Origin: Sedimentisphaerales bacterium
Lineage (GTDB): Bacteria > Planctomycetota > Phycisphaerae > Sedimentisphaerales > SM23-30
Reading direction: 5' to 3' (one strand)
Length of the DNA: 64,000 nucleotides
Assembly: GCA_963666285.1 (NCBI GenBank)
Contig: OY762711.1
In this document: piece after piece, positions 28,197 through 40,743 of the stretch
Numbering within the stretch: position 1 is the first letter of the stretch
Layout: each line of letters opens with the position of its first letter
Translations under genes and position numbers: made by a program
The notes under the pieces: generated by a model
Databases searched by the model: none
The model's input: only the letters and a program-made list of their open reading frames with translations
Told to the model about the DNA's origin: nothing

Positions 28197-30245
28197 ATGA
28201 CGAAGTATTCCGTTGAAGATATCCGCAATGTAGTATTGGTTGGGCATGCGGGGGCCGGTAAAACCACCCTTGGAGAAGCTATTCTTCATAAGTCTGGCAT
28301 TACCAATCGTTTAGGTAGTGTTGATGATAAAACCAGCATACTTGATACAGACGATGAAGAACGTGCCGGCGGGCATTCTATTGATTCAGCAATCATGCAT
28401 GTTAATCATAAAAATAAAGAGTTGAATCTTATAGATACCCCAGGTTATCCTGATTTTATCGGTGCCGCGTTGAGTGCTCTACCGGCAGCTGAAACTGCAG
28501 TAGTTGTTATAAGTGCATCAGCAGGTATTCAAATGAATACCATCAAGATGTTTAACCAGGCAAAAGCTCGCGGTATGGCGTGTGTTATATTGATTAACAA
28601 AATTGATTCGGATCCTGGCAATCTTACAGATCTGTTAGCAAGTATTAAAGAAACATTTGGCTCTGAGTGTTGTTGTGCCAATGTTGCTTCATCTGATGGC
28701 AGCAGTGTTATTGATTGTATCATTAATGAAGAAGGTGATGGCTTTATTGATATAGCAGATGCCCATACAGAATTTCTTGATACAGTGGTCGAAATTGATG
28801 AAGATTTGATGGAAGCTTATCTTGGCGGCGAAGAAATTGCACCTGCAAAGAAACAAGCGGCAATGAGTAAAGCTATTATCAGTCAGCATCTTGTACCTGT
28901 TCTGTTCTGCAGTGCAAAACATGAAACTGGTGTAAATGAATTTGTAGATTTTCTGTCTGATTGTTGCCCCTCTCCGGTTAATGGATTAAAGGCGAAACTC
29001 GTTAAAGGTGAAGGTGATGATACTGTTGAGACAGAAGTGGCACCTGATGCATCTGCTCCGGTTGTGGGTATGGCATTCAGAGTTTGTGCCGATCCAAAAA
29101 CAAATATTAAGCAAACTGCTATAAGACTGTATAGTGGACATATAGAGTCAGATACTAACCTGCTTACAAGTGCTGGTAAAAAGATGCGTGCCGGACAGGT
29201 TCAGAAGCTTCAAGGCGATACACTTGAAAAAATGGATAGCATTGAAGCTGGTGATATAGTAGTATTAAGTAAACTGGAAGACCTGCATATCCTTGATACC
29301 TTATATTCTGGTAATGCTGATCCAGGTGTAGTAAAACTTCCTAAGCTTCCGGTGCCTATGTATTCATTGGCGTTGGAACCTAAAAGTCGTGGTGACGAAG
29401 GCAAGATTTCCGGAGCTCTTCATGAAATAGCAGCGTCAGATCCTACTTTTATTATCTCGCGCGATCCGCAGACACATGAGACTATTGTAAGTGGTGTAGG
29501 AGAATTGCACGCTAGAGTAGTTCTCAATCGGATGAAGCATAGACGCGGTCTTGAAGTTAATACCAAGCCACCACGTATTCCATATAAGGAAACAATTCTA
29601 GGGTCAGCTAAAGGTATTGAATATACTCATAAGAAACAGTCTGGTGGTTCAGGCCAGTTTGCTCGCGTTGTTATAGACGTAGAGGCAAATCAGTCTGGAG
29701 CTGGTTATGAATTTGTTGATAGTATTTTTGGCGGTTCTATCGATCAGCAGTATCGCCCGTCAGTAGATAAAGGTTGTCAGGCTGCTATGGAACAAGGTGT
29801 TCTTGCCGGTTTCCCTGTAGTCGATGTTAAAGTAAACCTTGTCGATGGTAAAACTCATCCTGTTGACAGTAAAGATATTGCATTCCAGACTGCCGGTCGT
29901 GAAGCGTTTAGAGAAGGCTTTTTGAAAGCAAAACCAACTTTGCTGGAACCTATAGTTCATATGGAAGTAACAGTTCCATCTGAAAAGGTTGGTGATATTT
30001 CTGGTGACTTGTCTGGCCGCCGTGGCCGCGTTCAGGGTCAGGATGTGTTGCCAGGAAATATGACATGTATAAAAGCTGAAGTTCCGTTATCAGAGGTTCA
30101 GCAGTATAGTTCTCAGCTTAATAGTGCTACAGGCGGAATGGGAAGTTTCTCAATGGAGCTTAGCCATTATGAGCCTGCACCGCCAAATGTTGTTCAGCAG
30201 GTGGTGGAAAAAGCAAAAGCTGACCAGGAAGCAGCACATGCATAA
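28197..30245 (+). CDS. fusA: Elongation factor G paralog (EF-G2 type)
   Basis: IRNVVLVGHAGAGKTT, DTPGY, NKID, G.GELH, PYKETI, HKKQSGGSGQF, GVLAGFPV, HPVDS, LLEPI; GGAGG RBS. Confidence 0.9.
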   Translation: MTKYSVEDIRNVVLVGHAGAGKTTLGEAILHKSGITNRLGSVDDKTSILDTDDEERAGGHSIDSAIMHVNHKNKELNLIDTPGYPDFIGAALSALPAAETAVVVISASAGIQMNTIKMFNQAKARGMACVILINKIDSDPGNLTDLLASIKETFGSECCCANVASSDGSSVIDCIINEEGDGFIDIADAHTEFLDTVVEIDEDLMEAYLGGEEIAPAKKQAAMSKAIISQHLVPVLFCSAKHETGVNEFVDFLSDCCPSPVNGLKAKLVKGEGDDTVETEVAPDASAPVVGMAFRVCADPKTNIKQTAIRLYSGHIESDTNLLTSAGKKMRAGQVQKLQGDTLEKMDSIEAGDIVVLSKLEDLHILDTLYSGNADPGVVKLPKLPVPMYSLALEPKSRGDEGKISGALHEIAASDPTFIISRDPQTHETIVSGVGELHARVVLNRMKHRRGLEVNTKPPRIPYKETILGSAKGIEYTHKKQSGGSGQFARVVIDVEANQSGAGYEFVDSIFGGSIDQQYRPSVDKGCQAAMEQGVLAGFPVVDVKVNLVDGKTHPVDSKDIAFQTAGREAFREGFLKAKPTLLEPIVHMEVTVPSEKVGDISGDLSGRRGRVQGQDVLPGNMTCIKAEVPLSEVQQYSSQLNSATGGMGSFSMELSHYEPAPPNVVQQVVEKAKADQEAAHA

Positions 30246-30280
30246 TTTCGTTTTGTAAAATTGGATGTTTGGTTTGAATA

Positions 30281-30315
30281 TAAAAAGGATAGCTCGTTAA
30301 TAGCTATTCTTTTTA
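30281..30315. terminator. Bidirectional terminator
   Basis: AAAAAGGATAGCT-N7-AGCTATTCTTTTT between convergent genes. Confidence 0.7.
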
Positions 30316-30344
30316 TTTTTTTGGAATATATGAATTGATTTTGC

Positions 30345-31643
30345 TTATTCTGGTCTTTTCAAGGTTACTACTGCCGTGTCATCGAATCTTCGAGTAAGGC
30401 CGGTAAATTTCCTCATAATCCATGTAATATTATTTGCTGCTTGTGAGGCAGTCATGTTTGCTGATTCAGTTAAGGCAGCTTTTATTCTTTCCATACCAAA
30501 TGATTCGTTGTCAAAATTACGGGCATCAGTTAAACCGTCGGTATAGGCTATTAGAAGATCACCGGGATTAAATTTAACCGTTTCCGGGTCGCATTCATAG
30601 TCAGAAGATATCCCAAGAACCATGCCGCCGGACTGAAGTTTTGAAATGTTGCCATTATTATAGAATAAAGCCGGTTCATGTCCGCAACTACAGTATTCAA
30701 GAATATGGTCTTTTAATGAATATATGCCAAAAAATGCAGTTGCAAACTCTCCGGACAGGGAATCATGATGCAGGCTGCGGTTGACACGCTGAACAAGTTC
30801 TTTAACTGATAAATCCAATTCACCGTATGCCCTTATAAATGCACGGATAGAGGCCATCGCTAATGAAGCGGGTATGCCTTTACCCATAATGTCGCCGATA
30901 AAGAAAAGGACTTTATTGCTTTCTTTTAAGTAAACAAAATCATAAAAATCACCACCGACATCATAACATGGGGCATATGCTCCTCCACATTGAAGCCCAT
31001 CAAATTGAGGCGGATTAGCAGGTAGAAGCTGTCTTTGAACTGTGCCGGCCAGTTTCATTTGGCGTGCAATTCTTTCTCCTTCAAGCGCTTCTTTATATAA
31101 TCTGGCATTAACTATAGCGGCAGCAGATTGAGCGGCAATAGTCTGGGCCAGTTTGATAGCGGCCGGGGGAAAATATCTTTTCTTCTTGCTGTATAGCCTT
31201 AGTATTCCAATACCTTTATTTCTATGAATTAGTCCTATACTAAGGCTGCTCACAATACCTTCAGACTTGATTTTATCATGATAGCGGGTGAAGTTGGTGT
31301 CAGCTTGCATATTATTGACTATAACGGGTTCTCCGTTAAGTGCTTTAATGTTGAGCTCACTTTCGGTGGCTGTCACAGGGCCTTTAGTGATATAAGCATC
31401 ACTGAGCTGGTAGGTCGCCTTTAGCTCCAGCCTACCGGTTTCTTCGTCAAGCAGCCGTAATCCGGCGGCATCCAGTCCGAGAGATTGAGTAACTGTTTTT
31501 ACAACAATCTCAAGTACGTGTTTAATGTCCATTGGGCTGGTCAGTAGTTGTGATGTTTCATAAACTTCTGACAGACTTGTATTTAGGAGTTGTACCTTTC
31601 TGTCCAGTTTGCTTTGTGTTTTATTTTCGGCGGGCATATCCAT
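30345..31643 (-). CDS. GAF + PP2C/SpoIIE phosphatase (RsbU-like)
   Basis: GAF domain ending AAAIVNARLY; Q.QLLP, VGGDFYD, GDIMGKG, CGH, YTDGLTDA, DDTA. Confidence 0.9.
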   Translation of the reverse strand: MDMPAENKTQSKLDRKVQLLNTSLSEVYETSQLLTSPMDIKHVLEIVVKTVTQSLGLDAAGLRLLDEETGRLELKATYQLSDAYITKGPVTATESELNIKALNGEPVIVNNMQADTNFTRYHDKIKSEGIVSSLSIGLIHRNKGIGILRLYSKKKRYFPPAAIKLAQTIAAQSAAAIVNARLYKEALEGERIARQMKLAGTVQRQLLPANPPQFDGLQCGGAYAPCYDVGGDFYDFVYLKESNKVLFFIGDIMGKGIPASLAMASIRAFIRAYGELDLSVKELVQRVNRSLHHDSLSGEFATAFFGIYSLKDHILEYCSCGHEPALFYNNGNISKLQSGGMVLGISSDYECDPETVKFNPGDLLIAYTDGLTDARNFDNESFGMERIKAALTESANMTASQAANNITWIMRKFTGLTRRFDDTAVVTLKRPE

Positions 31644-32042
31644 TATTTCCTGTTCTATTCGCTTCCTTGCGACTAATTGTGACCATTTGCCTTGGATATT
31701 ATCGGCAAAGGCAAATGGAAATCAACAAAAAACCGTATTTATATATAATATGGCAATTTCATGTTTTTATTCTCAATTTATATAATTTTTTATGTTATTT
31801 TAATCATAATAGATAAATTTAGTTTTTATAAATCCTCTCCTGTTATAGATACTATAAATGTCTGTCCTATAATAGGATGTCCAAAAAAAAATATAAAAAA
31901 AACACTGCTTTTTAGTAAGTTCTTATCTTAATTGATATTAAAGGGTTACATTAAAACAGGCTGTTAAGGTAGGTAAGTTTTGACTATTTATTTGAGAAAT
32001 TGCTAGCCAGGCCCGAAGATATTTATATAATGATGAGTCCCC

Positions 32043-32082
32043 GGAGTAGCAGTTACGTATTGATGTAACCAACTGCTATTCC
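32043..32082 (+). promoter_or_regulatory. 5' leader stem-loop of nifJ, just downstream of TATAAT (32026-32031)
   Basis: GGAGTAGCAGTT / AACTGCTATTCC 12 bp stem. Confidence 0.45.
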
Positions 32083-32129
32083 AACAAGTAACAACATACA
32101 TTTTAACCCACCTTATAGCGGAGGCTTAA

Positions 32130-35663
<3,534 letters not shown>

Positions 35664-35699
35664 TTAAGTCTGAGTTTTGTAGTTTTGTAAATAATCTAA

Positions 35700-35735
35700 G
35701 CCGGATGGTAACAAATGTTACTGTCCGGTTATTTT
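35700..35735 (+). terminator. Intrinsic terminator
   Basis: GCCGGATGGTAACA-aa-TGTTACTGTCCGGT followed by TATTTT. Confidence 0.75.
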
Positions 35736-35827
35736 ATGTCATCTTTGTTTGTTAGTGTTATTTAGTAGTCGAGTAATGTAATCAGCCGCATTTCAGTAGG
35801 GTATTTACAGATATCTGTCATTTTACA

Positions 35828-35855
35828 TTGACATTATATATTTTTAAGTTATTAT
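35828..35855 (+). promoter_or_regulatory. Sigma70-type promoter
   Basis: TTGACA-N16-TATTAT, ~130 bp upstream of ATG 35987. Confidence 0.5.
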
Positions 35856-35986
35856 TCTATTATATATTGATGGTCGGATAGAAATTCCAGCGACCAGATA
35901 TATTTACTATTGTATGCTAGTGCTGGCCCCAAAATTTGAGTTCAGCCAAATTGAGGATTTATACAAATTACATTGGAGTGAAAGTT

Positions 35987-38900
35987 ATGAGATTGTTAAA
36001 GGGATATATTTTAAGCTTAGTCATCTTATCATCAGTAATTTCTGGTTCATATGCTGCAAATGGTATTTTGCCGGGAGAAGGCACAATTACAAATCCATAT
36101 TTGATTGAGGATTACCAGGATTTTGTTGCATTTTCAGACATAGATAATGCATTTAAGTACTGTTCTGCAGGAGTTAATGTTTCACTTATGACTGATCTTG
36201 ATCTTGATCCTCAATTGCCAGGTAGGGAGGTGTATAGTGAGTCGGTGGTTCAGGGAAGTCTGCATGGTATTATAATTGGTCCGATCATATCTGATCCTGT
36301 TATTATTTACCCCGATATAGTAAATCTAAATCAGGATTGTGTAGAGAATAGCTTTGATATTTATGAAACTGTTTTAGATGAACCGGATTATGGTGTCATA
36401 TCATCGAGTATATTCGAAATAGTACGACTCAATAAGTTTGAGTCTGGTTATGCTTATGCCGGTACATTTTGGGGTAATGGTCATAAGATTAAGAATCTAA
36501 CGATTTATAATAATACGGAACATAGCAATGGGTGTGGTTTGTTTTCTACTATTCTTGATACAGGTGCTGTATATGACCTCTCCTTAATAGATATTTCAAT
36601 ATCTGGTAAGTTTAATTATGCAGGTGGTATTTGTTCAGTGAACGAAGGTGTTATCGATAATTGTGTTATTAAAGGGGAGATTGTGTCGGAGTTTCAATGC
36701 CATTCATTCGGAGGTGTTGCCGGAGATAATTTTGGTACTATTTCTAATTGTGTATCTTATGCCAGTGTTCTTTCCTTTGCATATGCAGGTGGAATATGTG
36801 GTAAAAATGCAGGCTTGATAACTTCTTGCAGCAGTCAAGGTTCTATAATGGCTACTGAAGCTGCCGGTGGAATAGCCGGCTCAAATGGTGCAGTTTCCAT
36901 TAGTGATTACGAAGGGCATATATTGAACTGTTATTCAACTGCTAGTGTTGATGAAGTCATATTGGATTATTGGTATTTGGCAGAACCTGAACTTGAAGGT
37001 TTTTACGATGGAACTTATGTTGCTGGAATATATGCTTCTATATGCGGTGTCAACCTTCAAGGTTCGATTGCAAACTGTTATGGCAATGATATTATTACAA
37101 GTAAGATTTGTGACGTGTGTGATGTTAGCAATGATATTTATAACTGTTTTTGGAATAATGACTCTAACGTAAAACCGGAGTATGCCGATGAAATGTGGGT
37201 GTCTAAAAGTGAGATGCTTGTTACGGATACTTTTATTGCTGCAGGTTGGGATGAATCAGTCTGGATGCTAAATGCTGGTTCTATGCCGGAATTATTTAAC
37301 ATATACCTGAAAGACGTTGGAATTGTTGGTATTGAAATAGATTCAGATAGTGATGTTTTGTTTGCTGGTGATTCAATAACTGCATCTATTGTATATAATA
37401 ATGGTATGAAGATGCATGGCAAAAATGTTTACTGGAGTATTGTTGATGGTTCAGATAATTTGGAAATATTCGACGGTAGAATTGAGCAGTTAAATTTCTT
37501 CTTCGATCCTGTCGTTATTGAGTTTAGGGCCACAACGTACGATGCCGGTGAATATTATACAGCAAGTGAGCAATTTACTGTTTATCCGTATGGCTGGAAA
37601 ACCGATTCTTCTATTACTTCCATGCATATATATGCTTCCAGTGTTGGAGTTCCAGATCAGTGGATATCGTTTACAGTTGAGGGTATTGATTTGGGTCAAA
37701 ATGAGATTAGTTCTATTGGTGTTAAATTAGCGGACTATTCAGGTAGCATTGTTGCTTCAAAATCAGCACTCTCCTTAGGCTCTGGTGAAAATACTTTTGC
37801 ATATAATGCTGCAAACCATACTCTGGAGGCGAATATAAAAGGCACGTATGACTTTATTGGTATTGAGTATCCTCTTATTGTTAATATTTCTGGTGCAGGT
37901 TTCAGCAAAACATGTTTTGCTTTTGACGAAGAAGTTGTTTTCCAGATGCCTGACGGGATGAATGATGCTTCTTTTGACGATGTGGTCATTTATCGCCAGG
38001 AAACTCCAGGGAATGATACTGATATGAATTGGAAATCTGATTCTAATTTAACTATTCTGGTAGATAATTTTATTGATTATTGTTCCAGTGTGCCATTGCA
38101 GGTTATATTTACAAATGAAAATGGTGAAATGGTTGATGTGACCGGATCGGTAGAATTTACAGTAGGTATTGGTGGAGAATACGGTTATTTTGATAATGGT
38201 ATGTTATATAATGAAAATGAGTCTAATATCCCTAATACTATTTTTATCGCATGTAAGTACATATTGGACGGCACTGAATATCGTACCTGGAAATCAGCCC
38301 ATTTATTACCTGATTACCAAAGTACGCAATTGAATATCAGGAATGTGACAGTTAAAGCTTCTTCAAATAGAAGTAAGCCCAAAGATCGTTTAGAGATGGA
38401 AATAAGAGATTTTATTATTCCTACAAGCTATCCAAAATATACTCAGTGGGCAATTGATGTCAATTCCAAAGAATTTGTTGTTTCCAGAGAGCTAACCATT
38501 GCTATTGAAGATAAAAACGGCATAGCCGTTAATGGTTTCCCAAGGACATATCAATGTGATGAATACATAAGAAATTATATGATTGATGACATGAAAGTTT
38601 ATAGTTCTAAAGATGAAAAATTCGAATTCAGATTTGCTAATAATGCAGCTGCTCAGATCAACGGCTATCTGAATATTAGCTTGAAAAATCAGAACCTTAC
38701 CGGCTTGTCAGCTCCGTTTAAGGTGATTATCAGTTCTGATAATCCTGTAAGCGGCTTCAAGGCAGAAGGATTTGCCTACGATTCAAGTCTCAGTGTGAAC
38801 GTAGATGGGCAGAATAAACGTTACAGTGATGTTATAAATAAAGATAAAAACATGCCTTGTATTCTTCTTAATGGAAGAGAAGATAGTGTGTTTGTTTCTC

Positions 38901-39301
38901 AAATAAAAAATAAGATTGGTAAAGGAAGCAATAGTGACAGCCTGAAAATATCAGGAACGTTTACTGTTGCTGATATTGACAACTTCGATCCAAAATTGCT
39001 GTATATTAAATACGGATCGCATGAGGATTATAGTGATAAAATCACAAAAGTAAAAAATGGCTATGTTGTCAAAGAGAAAGTTTACATTGATGATATTCAT
39101 TCGGAAATACCCGGCAAACAAAAGAAGATATTTGATTTATATGCAATGTTTAACATGAAGACTATGAAGTTTAATATCAGGATAAAAAATGTTAATGCTC
39201 CATATAAACTGGATGATGAAGAATTCAGTTTTCAGTTTATTGATGCTGATATAAATGATGTAATTGACAATAACTTTACAGTTATTTATACGGCTGATTA
39301 G
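35987..39301 (+). CDS. Secreted GLUG-repeat protein with Ig-like middle and Lys-rich C-terminal region
   Basis: GGAG RBS before ATG 35987; signal peptide; LPGEGT..NPYLIED, F.GNGHKI.NL, AGGIC..N.G.I.NC repeats, FIAAGWD. Confidence 0.8.
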   Translation: MRLLKGYILSLVILSSVISGSYAANGILPGEGTITNPYLIEDYQDFVAFSDIDNAFKYCSAGVNVSLMTDLDLDPQLPGREVYSESVVQGSLHGIIIGPIISDPVIIYPDIVNLNQDCVENSFDIYETVLDEPDYGVISSSIFEIVRLNKFESGYAYAGTFWGNGHKIKNLTIYNNTEHSNGCGLFSTILDTGAVYDLSLIDISISGKFNYAGGICSVNEGVIDNCVIKGEIVSEFQCHSFGGVAGDNFGTISNCVSYASVLSFAYAGGICGKNAGLITSCSSQGSIMATEAAGGIAGSNGAVSISDYEGHILNCYSTASVDEVILDYWYLAEPELEGFYDGTYVAGIYASICGVNLQGSIANCYGNDIITSKICDVCDVSNDIYNCFWNNDSNVKPEYADEMWVSKSEMLVTDTFIAAGWDESVWMLNAGSMPELFNIYLKDVGIVGIEIDSDSDVLFAGDSITASIVYNNGMKMHGKNVYWSIVDGSDNLEIFDGRIEQLNFFFDPVVIEFRATTYDAGEYYTASEQFTVYPYGWKTDSSITSMHIYASSVGVPDQWISFTVEGIDLGQNEISSIGVKLADYSGSIVASKSALSLGSGENTFAYNAANHTLEANIKGTYDFIGIEYPLIVNISGAGFSKTCFAFDEEVVFQMPDGMNDASFDDVVIYRQETPGNDTDMNWKSDSNLTILVDNFIDYCSSVPLQVIFTNENGEMVDVTGSVEFTVGIGGEYGYFDNGMLYNENESNIPNTIFIACKYILDGTEYRTWKSAHLLPDYQSTQLNIRNVTVKASSNRSKPKDRLEMEIRDFIIPTSYPKYTQWAIDVNSKEFVVSRELTIAIEDKNGIAVNGFPRTYQCDEYIRNYMIDDMKVYSSKDEKFEFRFANNAAAQINGYLNISLKNQNLTGLSAPFKVIISSDNPVSGFKAEGFAYDSSLSVNVDGQNKRYSDVINKDKNMPCILLNGREDSVFVSQIKNKIGKGSNSDSLKISGTFTVADIDNFDPKLLYIKYGSHEDYSDKITKVKNGYVVKEKVYIDDIHSEIPGKQKKIFDLYAMFNMKTMKFNIRIKNVNAPYKLDDEEFSFQFIDADINDVIDNNFTVIYTAD

Positions 39302-39321
39302 GATGCGGTAAGAATAATATA

Positions 39322-39356
39322 AAGGCCGGGGATTATTTATTCATATCCTCGGCCTT
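39322..39356 (+). terminator. Stem-loop after the GLUG gene
   Basis: AAGGCCGGGGAT-N11-ATCCTCGGCCTT. Confidence 0.65.
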
Positions 39357-39550
39357 ATCTTATTTATGGAGTTAAAATTTACTGTTTAGTAATTATATGT
39401 TTACTTTCGCACTTTTTAAGTTGCAATAAACGCCTAAAAGGGCCTTCTTGTTGCAGTTTGAATTAAATATACTTTCGAGATTTAGCTTCGAAAATGATAA
39501 AAAATCAATTTTCATTCACAAGGCCCTGTTCTGACCTTTGCGGATAACGT

Positions 39551-39600
39551 TGAACAGTCAAAAGTACGCCTTGTATAAGATGCGAAGCATAAAGCGTACT
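39551..39600. repeat. Dispersed 50 bp hairpin element, copy B (could serve as the minus-strand terminator of the redoxin gene)
   Basis: 40/50 identity with 4548-4597; stem AGTACGC/GCGTACT. Confidence 0.75.
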
Positions 39601-39603
39601 ATG

Positions 39604-40227
39604 TTATTTTTGTTTGTATTTAACTGAGCAGCCGTATGGCTTGGTTTCTTTGACAGAAGGTTCTTTATTTGTCAGCAGATCATCAACTACTTGCTTGACA
39701 TAGTTAACTCGCTCTGTCTCCGGCATGTTTCCACGCGGGTCGTTATCAAAAGCGCCTTTATATACAAGCTTTCCGTCAGGGTTAATTATAAACGTATGTG
39801 GAGTTGACTTGGCACCAAAAAGTTTTCCTACTGTGCCTTGACTGTCATCAAGTACTAGATGGGTTACACCTTTTTCTTTCGCCCAGGCTTTATTTATATC
39901 CTGGTCATGGCTATTAGTGCTGTTTATGCTTAACCAGACAACAGGTTTGTTTTTGTACTCATTTACAAGTTTAACGGCGGTATTATATGAAGGGCTGTAA
40001 TGTCGTTTGGTAAACGGGCAATCTGGGTTAACCCATTCCAGTACAACAATTTTCCCTTTAAAGTCAGATAGTGAAACATCTTTTCCATTTTGGTCTTTCA
40101 AGGTAAAGTCAATTGATTTGCTTGCCTTTTCTTCAGATTTGGCGGCAAGAGTCATGGCATTAAAGCCTACTATAAATGCCAATATTCCAGCCAGCCAAAA
40201 GCGTATATTAGATTTTGCTTTGTTCAT
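39604..40227 (-). CDS. Exported thioredoxin-fold redoxin (AhpC/TSA-like)
   Basis: Signal peptide; DFTLKDQNGK.VSLSDFKGKIVVLEW.NPDCPF; GAK.TPH; YGCSVKY; AAGGA RBS favours ATG 40227 over 40245. Confidence 0.85.
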   Translation of the reverse strand: MNKAKSNIRFWLAGILAFIVGFNAMTLAAKSEEKASKSIDFTLKDQNGKDVSLSDFKGKIVVLEWVNPDCPFTKRHYSPSYNTAVKLVNEYKNKPVVWLSINSTNSHDQDINKAWAKEKGVTHLVLDDSQGTVGKLFGAKSTPHTFIINPDGKLVYKGAFDNDPRGNMPETERVNYVKQVVDDLLTNKEPSVKETKPYGCSVKYKQK

Positions 40228-40743
40228 GACTGTTATTCCTTTCATGTTATTGTAATGAGATATATGGCTCTCATTTGTAACTGCTTTAGCAGTAATTGTT
40301 TAAGTTGAATTTGAATACTGTGTATTCATTCTGTCTTACTATTTATGCAATTATAGTCGGCATACGAATTAAGAGTCAAAACAATGGATAAATATCTATA
40401 TCAATATTGAGCATTATACAGGTGGTGAGTAAGTCGTTTTGGTAATACCTTAGATTGTATGTTGGTATAAGTGTTTGTATTAGCAAAGTTTACGTTAATG
40501 CCGGTTTATGGTCGGCAGGTTTCCGATTACATATTGTATGCCTGGTATTATCCCTTTTTTCATTAAATTAAAGGCTTTCCCTTTAATATAATAATAATTA
40601 ATAGTTGTATATATGAATGTCCGATACTATTATTAATAGCTTTGTAGTAGAAAGTAGACTATAATTGGAATAATGTCCCTTTATATGCATAAGTATATAT
40701 ATAATAGAAATTTGCGTTAAATTAGTAAGAGGTTGTGTAATTT

